From: Candidatus Jordarchaeales archaeon
GTDB lineage: Archaea; Asgardarchaeota; Jordiarchaeia; Jordiarchaeales; Freyrarchaeaceae
NCBI GenBank assembly: GCA_038889235.1
Contig: JAWAHN010000003.1
Location: 53,703-85,702 of the forward strand
Direction: 5' to 3'
DNA length: 32,000 nt
This document shows, piece after piece, positions 17,440-26,290 of this stretch (positions within the stretch are counted from its first letter, which is position 1; every line of letters begins with the position of its first letter). The position numbers and the translations under genes were made by a program. A model generated the notes under the pieces. That model saw only the letters and a program-made list of their open reading frames with translations, searched no databases and had not been told where the DNA came from.

Positions 17440-18377
17440 TTCACCTCCTTTTCAACCTCTCTTTCAACCATTCCGCTCCAAGCGACCTTTCTCACTCCTT
17501 CCTCCTCAGCGACCCGGGCAAGCCTCTCCATCTCCTCTCTCCTCATAAGCCTCGCCCCCTCAAGCGGGAACTTCAACCCAAGGCGCTTGTACTTGGACAC
17601 GCAGAGATTATTGAAGGCGAGTAGGTCGTAGCGTTCAACGGTCGGCAGTTTCTCGACTATGAAGCGTGAAACCGCCCTCACGTTCTCCTCGCTGTCCGTC
17701 ATCCCTGGTATGATCGGGGTCCTAATCCACATGCGCACCCCTTCCTCAGCAAGTCTAACAGCGTTCTCCCATATCAGCCATGGGTCCACCCCTGTAAGCT
17801 CCCTGTGCTTCGCAGAGTCCATGACCTTCAAGTCGTAGAGGACGAGGTCAACCCACTCCAGCAGCTCCTCGAACTTCCCCCATGGGGCGAAACCGCTAGT
17901 GTCTAGAGCCACGTGGACTTCGTGCTCCTTGAGGGATGGGAGCACCTCCACTAGGAAGTCGGCCTGAAGCATAGGCTCCCCTCCTGAGAAAGTGACCCCG
18001 CCTCCAGACGTGTCGTAGAACACTTTGTCGCGCAGCACTTCGTCTACAAGCCTCTCAGGAGTGTACTCGACACCTATGACTTCAAGCGCCCCCGTGGGGC
18101 ACGCCTTCACACAAAGCCCGCACGCGGTGCACTTTCCCCTGTCTATGTGAAGGCCGTCCCTTTCCAGTTTGAGAGCTCCGGCGCTGCAAGCTCTAACGCA
18201 CGCCCTCACACCTATGCATCTCACGTCATACCACACGAGCTCCGGCCTCGGGTTGAGCCCCTCTGGGTTCTGGCACCATAGGCATCGGAGAGGGCAACCC
18301 TTCATGAAAACCGTCGTCCTTATCCCGGGCCCATCCTCCGTGGAGAACCTTTGAACGTTGAACACCACTCCTTTCAA
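17436..18377 (-). CDS. Glycyl-radical enzyme activating enzyme (radical SAM) with ferredoxin-like insert
   Basis: DGPGIRTTVFMKGCPLRCLWCQNPEG (CxxxCxxC), insert CIGVRACVRAC...CTACGLCVKACP, GGVTFSGGEP, DTSG. Confidence 0.96.
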   Translation of the reverse strand: MKGVVFNVQRFSTEDGPGIRTTVFMKGCPLRCLWCQNPEGLNPRPELVWYDVRCIGVRACVRACSAGALKLERDGLHIDRGKCTACGLCVKACPTGALEVIGVEYTPERLVDEVLRDKVFYDTSGGGVTFSGGEPMLQADFLVEVLPSLKEHEVHVALDTSGFAPWGKFEELLEWVDLVLYDLKVMDSAKHRELTGVDPWLIWENAVRLAEEGVRMWIRTPIIPGMTDSEENVRAVSRFIVEKLPTVERYDLLAFNNLCVSKYKRLGLKFPLEGARLMRREEMERLARVAEEEGVRKVAWSGMVEREVEKEVK

Positions 18378-18390
18378 GGGCTTTCCGCTC

Positions 18391-20757
18391 CTACAAGCCG
18401 TGGCAGGCTCTGGCTATTATTTCCTCCTGTTGCTCCTTTCCTAAGGTCACGAAGTACGCGTTGTACCCTGTTACGCGGACTAACAGGTTCCTGTATTCTT
18501 CCGGCTTCCTCTGAGCCTCCCTCAAGACCTCCGGGTTTATCATGTTGACTTGTAGGCTTGTCCCTCCTATCTCGCAGCATGCTAACAGGAGTGCCGCAAG
18601 CTTTTCGAGGTGCTCGGCGTCCCTCACCGACGACGGGTTCAATGTGATCACTTGCGACGCGCCGTTCGGAACGGTTTCGAGCCCAAGCTTTCCGACCGAG
18701 CGTATGACTGCTGTCGGCCCCTTAGAGTCCATTCCTTGGACTGGTTGGACGCCGTTAGACAGGAATTTGCCTCTAGGCCTCCCGTCTGGTGTGGCTGCAG
18801 TTTTTGGGGCGAAGTCTATGTAGTAGTTCCAGGAGAGGTATCCTCCCCTGTACCTTCTCCCGGTTGCAGGCGAAACATGTTTGAACACCTCCTGCGTCCA
18901 GTACCTTGATACCTTTCTGGCTATCTGGTCCACGTAGTCGTCGTCATTACCAAACTTCGGCGCCTTGAACAGAAGCCTTCTTTGGAGTTCCTCGAACCCT
19001 TCAAAGTTCCTCTTTATCGCCTCCACAAGCTCCTCCATTGTTACCTCTTTATCTTCGAAGACAAGTTTCTTGACTGCAGCCAGGCTGTCCGCCACCGTCG
19101 CCAGCCCCACACCCTCAACGGTTATAAAGTTGTAGACCGCTCCTCCCTGCCTAACGTCAATTCCCTTCTCAGCGCACCCGTCCACTAGGGCGGAGAGGTA
19201 TGGAACCGGCTCCCAGCGCGCCCTGATAGCGTCAGCCTCCGAGGCGAGCTCAAGCGTTCTTTCAATGCACTTTTTAAGCTGGGCGAAGTATGCCTCCTCG
19301 AACTCCTCGTAGCTCTTAAACTTCCTCGGGTCCTTAGTTTTTACGCCTATCATTTCGCCGGTCTTCAGGTCGCGCCCCATGCCGAAGACGAGCTCCAAGG
19401 GCTTAGCCAGGTTTATGTTGACGTCCACGGTTCCCGACCTGTCTTTTCCCTGGGCTGTGTTTTCAAGGCATCCTACGACCCCGTAGTCCCAGGCTTCGTC
19501 CTCGGGGATCCCTTCCCAGACGAGCCCCTTTATCGCCTGCTCGTCGAAGTTTATGAGGAAGGGTGAGCCCTGCGTTCGGGCTAAGACCTCGCACATCTTA
19601 AGCAAGAACTCTCTTGATATGTTCTTGTGTATCCTTATGTTGAGTTTCGGCTCGAGCATGTTCATTTCCTCGGCGACCTCGAGGACTAGCCAGGTGAGCT
19701 CGTTCACAGCGTCGCTTCCATCCTTCTTAATTCCGCCTATCGTTATTAGCTGTCCGAACCCGGAGTTAATCCCTTGGTTCCCTATCTTCCCCATGTAGTC
19801 GTAGGCGTAGTTGTGCTTAACCCAGAAGCAGCGAAGCAGCTCCTTCGCCATTTCCTTCGTCAGTCTGCCCTCTTCAATGTCCCTCTTGTAGTACGGGTAC
19901 ATGTACTGGTCGAACCTTCCATGCGACAGCCCGGGTCCCGGGTAACTCTCAGCAGCCATCACGAGCATGTGGGTGAACCAGAGTGACTGGAGTGCCTCCC
20001 AGAAAGTTTCCGCCGGCTCCCATGGGACCTTCCTGCATATCCTGGCTATTTCGAGCAGCTCGCGTCTCCTCTCTTCGTTCTCCTCTTTCTCCGCTAGTCT
20101 CTCAGCTTCCTCAGCGTACCTCTCAGCCAGCCTCTTAACTGCTTCAATGGCTATCACCATGGCTCTAACATAGTCCTTTTTCTCCTTGTCCTCATGCTTC
20201 TCCATCCACTGGAGGAGCTCGTCCCTTATCCCCTTAAACCCTTTCTCGAGAACCTTCCTGTAGTTTGGTATTATGTGCCCGGGTATGGCGCCGCAGTTCA
20301 TGACACCTAGGTCGGATAGTTTAACCATTTTCCTGAACCATTTCTCCTCAGCCTTCCTCCACTTTTTAGCCTCTTTCTTTGTGAAGCACTTTGACAGGGC
20401 GGTGTTGAAGTTGAAGCCAACTATGAGTTCGCCGTCAAGTATTCTCACCGGGAGGTATTCCTCTACTACCTTCCTGAAGAATATAGCCCTCCTGACCGGT
20501 AGGCTCTCTTTCCAGAACCCTTCGGGGGGCTCGACTTTAACGGCTATCGTCTTAAGTGTGTCTCTTATAGCTGGAAGGAAGGGAAACAACTCGGGAACAA
20601 CTCCCCAGTCGTGGTAGGAGAAAACCTCGTCCCAAGGCGTCCCCGTGGTGTAAGCGATCACCTCGTTCGTTGGACGCCTTTCAAAGGAAAAGTACTCGTC
20701 CCTGAGTTTCCTGACCCTCTCGGAAAGTTTCTCCGAGGGAGACCAAATCTTCATCAT
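18391..20757 (-). CDS. Glycyl radical enzyme (PFL2/PflD-like, substrate unknown)
   Basis: 788 aa. Cys loop VVGCLEN (C430), Gly loop LVRVTGYNAYF (G764), plus GRFDQYMYPY, PKFGNDD and ATPDGR. Confidence 0.96.
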   Translation of the reverse strand: MMKIWSPSEKLSERVRKLRDEYFSFERRPTNEVIAYTTGTPWDEVFSYHDWGVVPELFPFLPAIRDTLKTIAVKVEPPEGFWKESLPVRRAIFFRKVVEEYLPVRILDGELIVGFNFNTALSKCFTKKEAKKWRKAEEKWFRKMVKLSDLGVMNCGAIPGHIIPNYRKVLEKGFKGIRDELLQWMEKHEDKEKKDYVRAMVIAIEAVKRLAERYAEEAERLAEKEENEERRRELLEIARICRKVPWEPAETFWEALQSLWFTHMLVMAAESYPGPGLSHGRFDQYMYPYYKRDIEEGRLTKEMAKELLRCFWVKHNYAYDYMGKIGNQGINSGFGQLITIGGIKKDGSDAVNELTWLVLEVAEEMNMLEPKLNIRIHKNISREFLLKMCEVLARTQGSPFLINFDEQAIKGLVWEGIPEDEAWDYGVVGCLENTAQGKDRSGTVDVNINLAKPLELVFGMGRDLKTGEMIGVKTKDPRKFKSYEEFEEAYFAQLKKCIERTLELASEADAIRARWEPVPYLSALVDGCAEKGIDVRQGGAVYNFITVEGVGLATVADSLAAVKKLVFEDKEVTMEELVEAIKRNFEGFEELQRRLLFKAPKFGNDDDYVDQIARKVSRYWTQEVFKHVSPATGRRYRGGYLSWNYYIDFAPKTAATPDGRPRGKFLSNGVQPVQGMDSKGPTAVIRSVGKLGLETVPNGASQVITLNPSSVRDAEHLEKLAALLLACCEIGGTSLQVNMINPEVLREAQRKPEEYRNLLVRVTGYNAYFVTLGKEQQEEIIARACHGL

Positions 20758-21017
20758 TCAATCACAACCAAAGTCTCTTTCACCTCAATCTTTGCCTCTT
20801 CATATTTTTAAGCGCTTTCACGGGAAGCAGCTTTATAAGTGGTTTAAAGCCTGTGTGCTCTCTAGCGCCCCCTGAAACCAGTCTGACCGTGTATCACTAG
20901 CCTGAGCACCAGCCTTTTGAGCCCTTCCTGGAGTAACCGCCTGCCTTATGTTCCCTTAAACGCCACGCTCACCCGTTTAGCTTTTAAATGCATATTACAA
21001 TAGTGTATTTCACGGTG

Positions 21018-21245
21018 ATGTTATTGTCTGTCATTACGATTAGAATTCCGGACGAGCTGAAGGAAAGAATGCGCCGAGTGAAGGTCAACTGGAGCGAAGA
21101 GATAAGGAGATTTATCATCCAGCGTGTCGAGGAAGAGGAGCGTAGGGAGAACTTGGAGAGGGCACTTGAAATGTTGAAAGGGAGGAAAGGTGTCGAGAGA
21201 GGTTTCTCGGCGTTGTCGGTGAGGGATGACCGTGATAGTGGTTGA
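21018..21245 (+). CDS. vapB: VapB-type (ribbon-helix-helix) antitoxin
   Basis: SVITIRIPDELKERM...VNWSEEIRRFI, ending SVRDDRDSG; overlaps the downstream PIN gene. Start is ATG 21018 or TTG 21024. Confidence 0.85.
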   Translation: MLLSVITIRIPDELKERMRRVKVNWSEEIRRFIIQRVEEEERRENLERALEMLKGRKGVERGFSALSVRDDRDSG

Positions 21246-21624
21246 CGCTTCAGCCCTAGCTAAGGTCCTCCTGCAAGAGGAGGGTTGGGAGGGCGTTGAA
21301 CTAACAGCTAGGACAGCCACACTTGACCACGCGCTGATTGAAGCGCTTAACGCCGTGTGGAAGGCGGCAATTCTAGGAAAACTAGGGAAGGATGACGCCA
21401 TAGAGAGAGTTGAAGCCCTGAAGCTCATTAGCAGGGGGCTACTCGTTTTCAAAGCCCAGGAACACTTTAACCGCTCGATGGAAATAGCTCTCGCAGAAAA
21501 ACTCACCATTTATGACGCGGTCTACATAGCCCTTGCTGAGCAGCTCGGAGCAGAACTTCAAACCTCAGACACTAAACAGTTCTATGCAGCTAAAAAGTAT
21601 GTAAAAGCGAAACTCATAAAGTAG
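21226..21624 (+). CDS. vapC: VapC PIN-domain ribonuclease toxin
   Basis: VVDASAL, EALNAVW, TIYDAVYIALA, TSD: acidic PIN residues present. Confidence 0.92.
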   Translation: MTVIVVDASALAKVLLQEEGWEGVELTARTATLDHALIEALNAVWKAAILGKLGKDDAIERVEALKLISRGLLVFKAQEHFNRSMEIALAEKLTIYDAVYIALAEQLGAELQTSDTKQFYAAKKYVKAKLIK

Positions 21625-21739
21625 GACGTGAGGTGCCAATCAATGTAACGTGAAGAAAAAGTTTGCTCCCTTAACAAACCGCAATAATGTCTGCTCCCAC
21701 CTTGTAGGCTGTATTTTTCCTGGAGTCGGTCCGCGGGTC

Positions 21740-22101
21740 TTAGTTTGAGTTCCCAAAGGAATAATTTCTGTATTTTCAGGAGTCCTCGTCTTTGACCATA
21801 ATTCCAAGTTGTGGGTTGTTGCTGCTGCCGCCGCTGTGCAGTTGTTTTCGCTTACACTAAGCCCCTCCTTCATAGTGAGAAAGATTTCGGCTGGCCTTGA
21901 AGAGCACCTCATCGCCTAAAAACTAATGACGTTGAATGCCCCTTCCAACCTCTTCTTAAAAAAAGAGCCCGTCTTTCCTACACCTAGTGTACTATAGAGC
22001 GAGATAGTGGAATGGTGGAATTCGACTTCTCCACCAATAGCTGAAGCTTTCCACGGTCGAATACCCCCAGATAAAAATACTAAAGTCTAAGATAACTCCA
22101 T
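21740..22101 (-). pseudogene. Degraded vapC (PIN) gene
   Basis: Fragments across frames: GVILDFSIFI; GEVEFHHSTISLY; RLEGAFNVISF*; GDEVLFKA; AEIFLTMKEGLSVSENNCTAAAAATTHNLELWSK; LKIQKLF. Multiple frameshifts and stops. Confidence 0.7.
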
Positions 22102-22106
22102 TGGAC

Positions 22107-22314
22107 CTACGTACTTCTATCCTCGACGAGCTCTTCCCACTTCCCTCCTCTCCGTTTTTTCTCTACAAGCCTTTTCAGAGCAAACCTCACCTAAGCTCCC
22201 TGTAGTCACGAAGCATCCTTCTTATGGCCTCGTCGATACCCAGCTCTCAGCCTCTTTTTCTCACGTACAGCCTCCTCCACTAAATCCTTCAAAACAGCTA
22301 TGGTCGTTCGCCAC
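22107..22314 (-). pseudogene. Degraded vapB-like antitoxin
   Basis: TTIAVLKDLVEEAVREKKRL / LGIDEAIRRMLRDYRELR* / LKRLVEKKRRGGKWEELVEDRST*, split by frameshifts, immediately upstream of the vapC remnant. Confidence 0.6.
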
Positions 22315-22609
22315 GTAAACCCGCATTTACACATCATCAATTTGTCACAGAGTTTCTCTCTGCGATACTGTGAACCTTCCCCTTCAACGGTCCGGATAGT
22401 ACGTAGAAAAGAACGAAAAATTATAGTTAAACTCAACTGTAAGTCAGAAAACTGTTCTAAGTGAAGGGTCACCTTCAGAGAGAAAAAAGGCCGAAGGTCT
22501 CTCCAGAAAAGATTAGAGAAAGAGGCGATGGAATACTAACAGTGGTTGTGCATGTGAGAGTTCTGGATACGTTAGTTTCCGCTCTGCGGTGGAAGCATCC
22601 GCTGGGTCA

Positions 22610-22846
22610 AACCTCTCACCCCTAGACTTCCTAACCGCCTTCACAGTCCTTAGAGGCGAAATTCGCCGCTTCCAGAGCCTTCTCAGTTAGCTTCTTAAGT
22701 CTCCTTCCTCTTCACCCCCACCTCGTTCTCGACAGCTGTCCCAACCACACATGTCTCAGGTCCATCCTCGAGCTTCTCCGCGTCCCTCCTTAAGCTCACG
22801 CCTTTAACCCTTACAAGCACTACAGAAGCAGCCGAAGCGACGCCAT
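22610..22846 (-). pseudogene. Second degraded vapB-like antitoxin
   Basis: ASVVLVRVKGVSLRRDAEKL / DLRHV / VGTAVENEV / RRLKKLTEKALEAANF / TVKAVRKSRGER across frames, resembling the archaeal 'SVRV..ELKEEAERLGID..VKAVRESR' antitoxins (recall). Confidence 0.55.
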
Positions 22847-23175
22847 CCAAGAGCATGTGAATGTGTACATGGCCGCATGCGCGCATAAGTACCTTGCATA
22901 CGCGAAATTATTGTATACGTAAGAGTGTACAAAACTGTAAGGTTAATAGCGTGTTAGGCTTTTGAGTAATCCTGAACAGCCCCGGGTTTCCACAAAACTT
23001 AGGAGAAACAGTATTAGAGCGTGAGCGAAAGAGGCCTAGAATCGTCAGAAAGAAGGCAATTTAGAGTCGAGCCCTCTCCGAAAAGGGGGTTTTAAAATCT
23101 TCGTAACTAGACCTGCATCCATAGGAAGAGATGTGAAAGCGTAAAGGGGGGTGTTGGACTTGTGTTGCAACGCTA

Positions 23176-24576
23176 TCACTTTATCTTTTCTGCTGGTAGC
23201 GCGTCGAGCTCGTTTATTATGTCGATAAACATTCTCGTTAGCTTTTCGAGCTGGTCTTCGGCGACTTTATCAGGTGTGTCTGTTGCGTCGAAGAGGTAGA
23301 CTGGCCCGCTTATCAAGCTGTATATTGGGACCCCGTTTTTCCAGAAGAGGTGCGCATCCGTTGGCACGTCTATCGGTGTATTAGTTGGCAGGACGAGTAT
23401 CCTCTCCACTCCGTTCTTGACTATGGCTTTCTTCGCGATGTCCACCATGACGGGGTTGTCTGTCGTGAAGAGGCCTCTCGGCTCCACATTCCCGGTCACA
23501 ACTCCAACCCCATCTTTTTCCAAGCACTCCTTAGCGACGTGCTCAATAGCTATATCCACGACCGCTCTCGCCACAATGTCACCCCTGTGGGCTTCTATAA
23601 ACGCCTTCTGCCCTACTCCTTCAGCACCTCCGTAAAAGTGGCCGGCCGTGAAGAGGAACACCAAGGTTTTTCTGGTTCTCTTGCCAAGCTTGGCAAAGTA
23701 CTTTGCTAGTGCCAGGACGACGGAGCAACCCGAAGCGTCCTCGACAGCGCTCTGGAAGGGGCCGTCATGATGAGAGTGGACGATTATTACGTCGTCCGTC
23801 TCCCCGGGGAGAACCCCGTAAACGTTGTGGGTCACTGCAGGCTTAACCTTTGCCTTAAGCACAATTTTACCCCTAACTTTCCCCCTACCCAGCATCTCCT
23901 TCAGTCTCGCCCCAGTTTCCCTGCTAACCCAAAGGCCAGGCATAGGCCTCATGACTCCATCGTATGGGGCATAATAAGTTAACTCCTTCCCCAGCTTCGG
24001 GTAGTCTTCAAGTATGCCGATAAATCCAACGGCTCCACGTTCACGCGCCATCTCGTAGGCGTCATATCCTCCTTCTATAAGCCTCATACCCAAACAGTTT
24101 AAACGTATCCAGGTTGCAGGATGCACCCAGTCCGGCGTTATGGTCCCCCCTGGATCGTGCGTGAAGTAAGCTATTGAGCGCAGAAGGGACACCGGCAGAG
24201 GGAGAAACTTAACGCTGACAACTACTATCTTTCCCCTCACGTCGCTCCTCTCGAAGTCCTCGGCGCGTCCCTCGCCAACATAGACCAGCTCTCCCTCCAA
24301 GCCACTAGTGGGAGCCGAGTAGGGAATGTAGAAGCACGGCAGCTTCTCAGGCTTCCCCCCTTCAGGCCGCACCTCCAAGCTCCACTTCTTAGCCATCCAG
24401 AGAGTTATGTTTATGGGCTCCATGCGCACATCCTTGAAGCCGAACTCTCGGAGCTTGTTGCGAAGGTATTTTTCAGCCTTAAGGTCGCCTTTGCTCCCCG
24501 GGATCCTGCGCCCCAGAGAGTAAAGGTCCAACACCCACCCGAAAATCTCGCTCTGAGAAGGCACAGCAAAAGCCAA
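23176..24576 (-). CDS. M28-family peptidase-like protein with PA domain, non-canonical active site
   Basis: LVYVGEG and RGKIVVV (PA domain), NVYGVLPG, IIVHSHHDG, EDASG. TTG 24576 follows GGAGGGAGGTG; no signal peptide from that start. Confidence 0.85.
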   Translation of the reverse strand: MAFAVPSQSEIFGWVLDLYSLGRRIPGSKGDLKAEKYLRNKLREFGFKDVRMEPINITLWMAKKWSLEVRPEGGKPEKLPCFYIPYSAPTSGLEGELVYVGEGRAEDFERSDVRGKIVVVSVKFLPLPVSLLRSIAYFTHDPGGTITPDWVHPATWIRLNCLGMRLIEGGYDAYEMARERGAVGFIGILEDYPKLGKELTYYAPYDGVMRPMPGLWVSRETGARLKEMLGRGKVRGKIVLKAKVKPAVTHNVYGVLPGETDDVIIVHSHHDGPFQSAVEDASGCSVVLALAKYFAKLGKRTRKTLVFLFTAGHFYGGAEGVGQKAFIEAHRGDIVARAVVDIAIEHVAKECLEKDGVGVVTGNVEPRGLFTTDNPVMVDIAKKAIVKNGVERILVLPTNTPIDVPTDAHLFWKNGVPIYSLISGPVYLFDATDTPDKVAEDQLEKLTRMFIDIINELDALPAEKIK

Positions 24577-24639
24577 ACACACCTCCCTCCATAGGACTAA
24601 GGTATGGAGCTGGCACCTTAATAACAATTTCTGAAGATA

Positions 24640-24910
24640 TCAAGGAAGTAGCGCTGGAAGGGAGGTGAACAGGGAAAAATATGGGAGAGGAACGCATCGT
24701 TTACTTTAAGGAGAAACGATGCCTAAGGGTTTTTGGGGAAGAAGGGTTGGTGGGGGGAAAACAGGACACAGTCCGAGACGGGCAGCTAAAGAGACATCGA
24801 AATTGGGGGTACAGCGTATCAATGCAGCCAACAAGGTTCCGAGCAAGCTCTACGCGAGGGAAATTGATGAGTCCTGTTTGGAGGCTGCTAGGGTGGTGGA
24901 ATAGGCGTGG
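24640..24910 (+). pseudogene. Degraded HEPN-domain gene
   Basis: Fragments EDIKEVALEGR*, EKRCLR, GFLGKKG, KTGHS and NAANKVPSKLYAREIDESCLEAARVVE in shifting frames resemble archaeal HEPN proteins; directly upstream of an MNT gene. Confidence 0.6.
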
Positions 24911-24925
24911 CATTTAGGAGGATTC

Positions 24926-25242
24926 ATGAGTGTGAGAGGCGTGGCGCTCTCCGAAGAGCATAGAACGAAGCTGGCTTCCTACTTGTTGAGAAAGTTGAGC
25001 GTAACCAGGGTTTACTTGTTCGGCTCGAGGGTTTACGTTGTCCCCTTCGAAGACAGCGACCTCGACATCATAGCGGCTTCAGAGGAGTTCGGCAAACGCT
25101 GCTTCATCGAGAACAATGTAGCTGCTCAGCGAACTGTGGGATGGATCATCCACGACAGAAGCCCCCTTAACCCCCCGAACAAGTAAAGAAGTACGGGAAG
25201 GAAGGTCACCATTGGCCGGGGGGGGGGGCGCTGGAGAAATAA
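24926..25242 (+). pseudogene. Frameshifted minimal nucleotidyltransferase (MNT)
   Basis: VYLFGSR...DSDLDII motif intact. The expected continuation LLSELWDG lies in another frame, and a G11 run sits at 25218-25228. Confidence 0.7.
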
Positions 25243-25274
25243 ATCAGAATCCGGGGCTGTAAACTATTCGAAAG

Positions 25275-26150
25275 CTACCTTGGCTTAAACGCCAGAACGC
25301 ACTTTTCCTTCCTGACAACACTCGCCACGAAGCCGACGCCTTCAAGCCTGGCGGCAACACCCTTAGCCAAGTCTTTCCCACGTATAAGCTGACCAGGGGA
25401 TCCAACATAGTGGAACAAGGAGCCCCCCGGCCTAAGCACCCTGAAAAGCTCCTTGTAAAACTCCTGCGAGTAAAGCTCGCCAGCTAAGCCGAAGCGCGGA
25501 GGGTCGTGGAGAACCCTGTCGAAAGAGCAGTCCTCGAACTCGCCTACAACCTCGAATGCGTCGCCGTGGATAACCGTAACCTTCTCCAGCTCCCGGGACC
25601 ACGGGTTATACTCCGCGAACCTCAGCACGGTTTCAGACTTCTCGATACTCGTAACCCTAGCCCCCCTACGCAGAGCGTGAATAGCAGTATAACCCAAGCC
25701 CGTGCAGACATCCAAAACCCTCTCCCGCGGCTTAACCCCAAGCACCCTAACCTTCCGCCTCGAGTCGTCCCAAGGAGTCATACCCAGAACCCTGTGCATG
25801 TAAATGCCGTTAATCTGAAGGGTCGGAGCAGAACCCTCAACCACACACCTAAGCTTGTAATACGTCTCCTCCTCGGGGTTCCACTCCTCAAGCAACCTGA
25901 CCCCGCCGTCACCCTCAACCACACAAATCGACCCATCACACCTCTCAGCAAATTCACGAAGCACACCAACATCAACACTCACGCCACCAGGCAGAAGGGC
26001 TACACCCCCCTCAACCCTAACACTACTAACAGACAATCCCAGATCCAAGCTCACCTCCACCAACCCCTCTCCCCCAGCAATAAGACCAGCACTCCAACAA
26101 GACAGTACAGGCAAACCCCTAGAGTGGAAACACCAAACCCTCAACAACAC
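25275..26150 (-). CDS. Class I SAM-dependent methyltransferase, COG2521-type archaeal family
   Basis: SLDLGLS, PTLQINGIYMH, VLDVCTGLGYTAI, IEK, NPWS, HDPPRFGLAGELYS. Start approximate (track start 26240 runs through the upstream terminator). Confidence 0.88.
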   Translation of the reverse strand: MLLRVWCFHSRGLPVLSCWSAGLIAGGEGLVEVSLDLGLSVSSVRVEGGVALLPGGVSVDVGVLREFAERCDGSICVVEGDGGVRLLEEWNPEEETYYKLRCVVEGSAPTLQINGIYMHRVLGMTPWDDSRRKVRVLGVKPRERVLDVCTGLGYTAIHALRRGARVTSIEKSETVLRFAEYNPWSRELEKVTVIHGDAFEVVGEFEDCSFDRVLHDPPRFGLAGELYSQEFYKELFRVLRPGGSLFHYVGSPGQLIRGKDLAKGVAARLEGVGFVASVVRKEKCVLAFKPR

Positions 26151-26290
26151 CAACCCCTCAAACACACACCAAAAAACACACCAAAAACAGAGAATATCTG
26201 CCTTACGCACCAAAAACATCAAACGTGCAGGCAAACCCAAACACAGACAAAAAAAGGGGAAATTGAAAGGAGTTCAAACGTTGTCCCTGC

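Noticed and set aside
18391-20757. Pyruvate formate-lyase (pflB), choline TMA-lyase or alkylsuccinate synthase
   Set aside because: There is no Cys-Cys pair, no microcompartment genes and no small Ass/Bss subunits, so a specific name is unsupported.
25218-25228. G11 tract as a phase-variation switch
   Set aside because: It lies downstream of an earlier frameshift in a decayed gene, so changing its length would not restore the protein.
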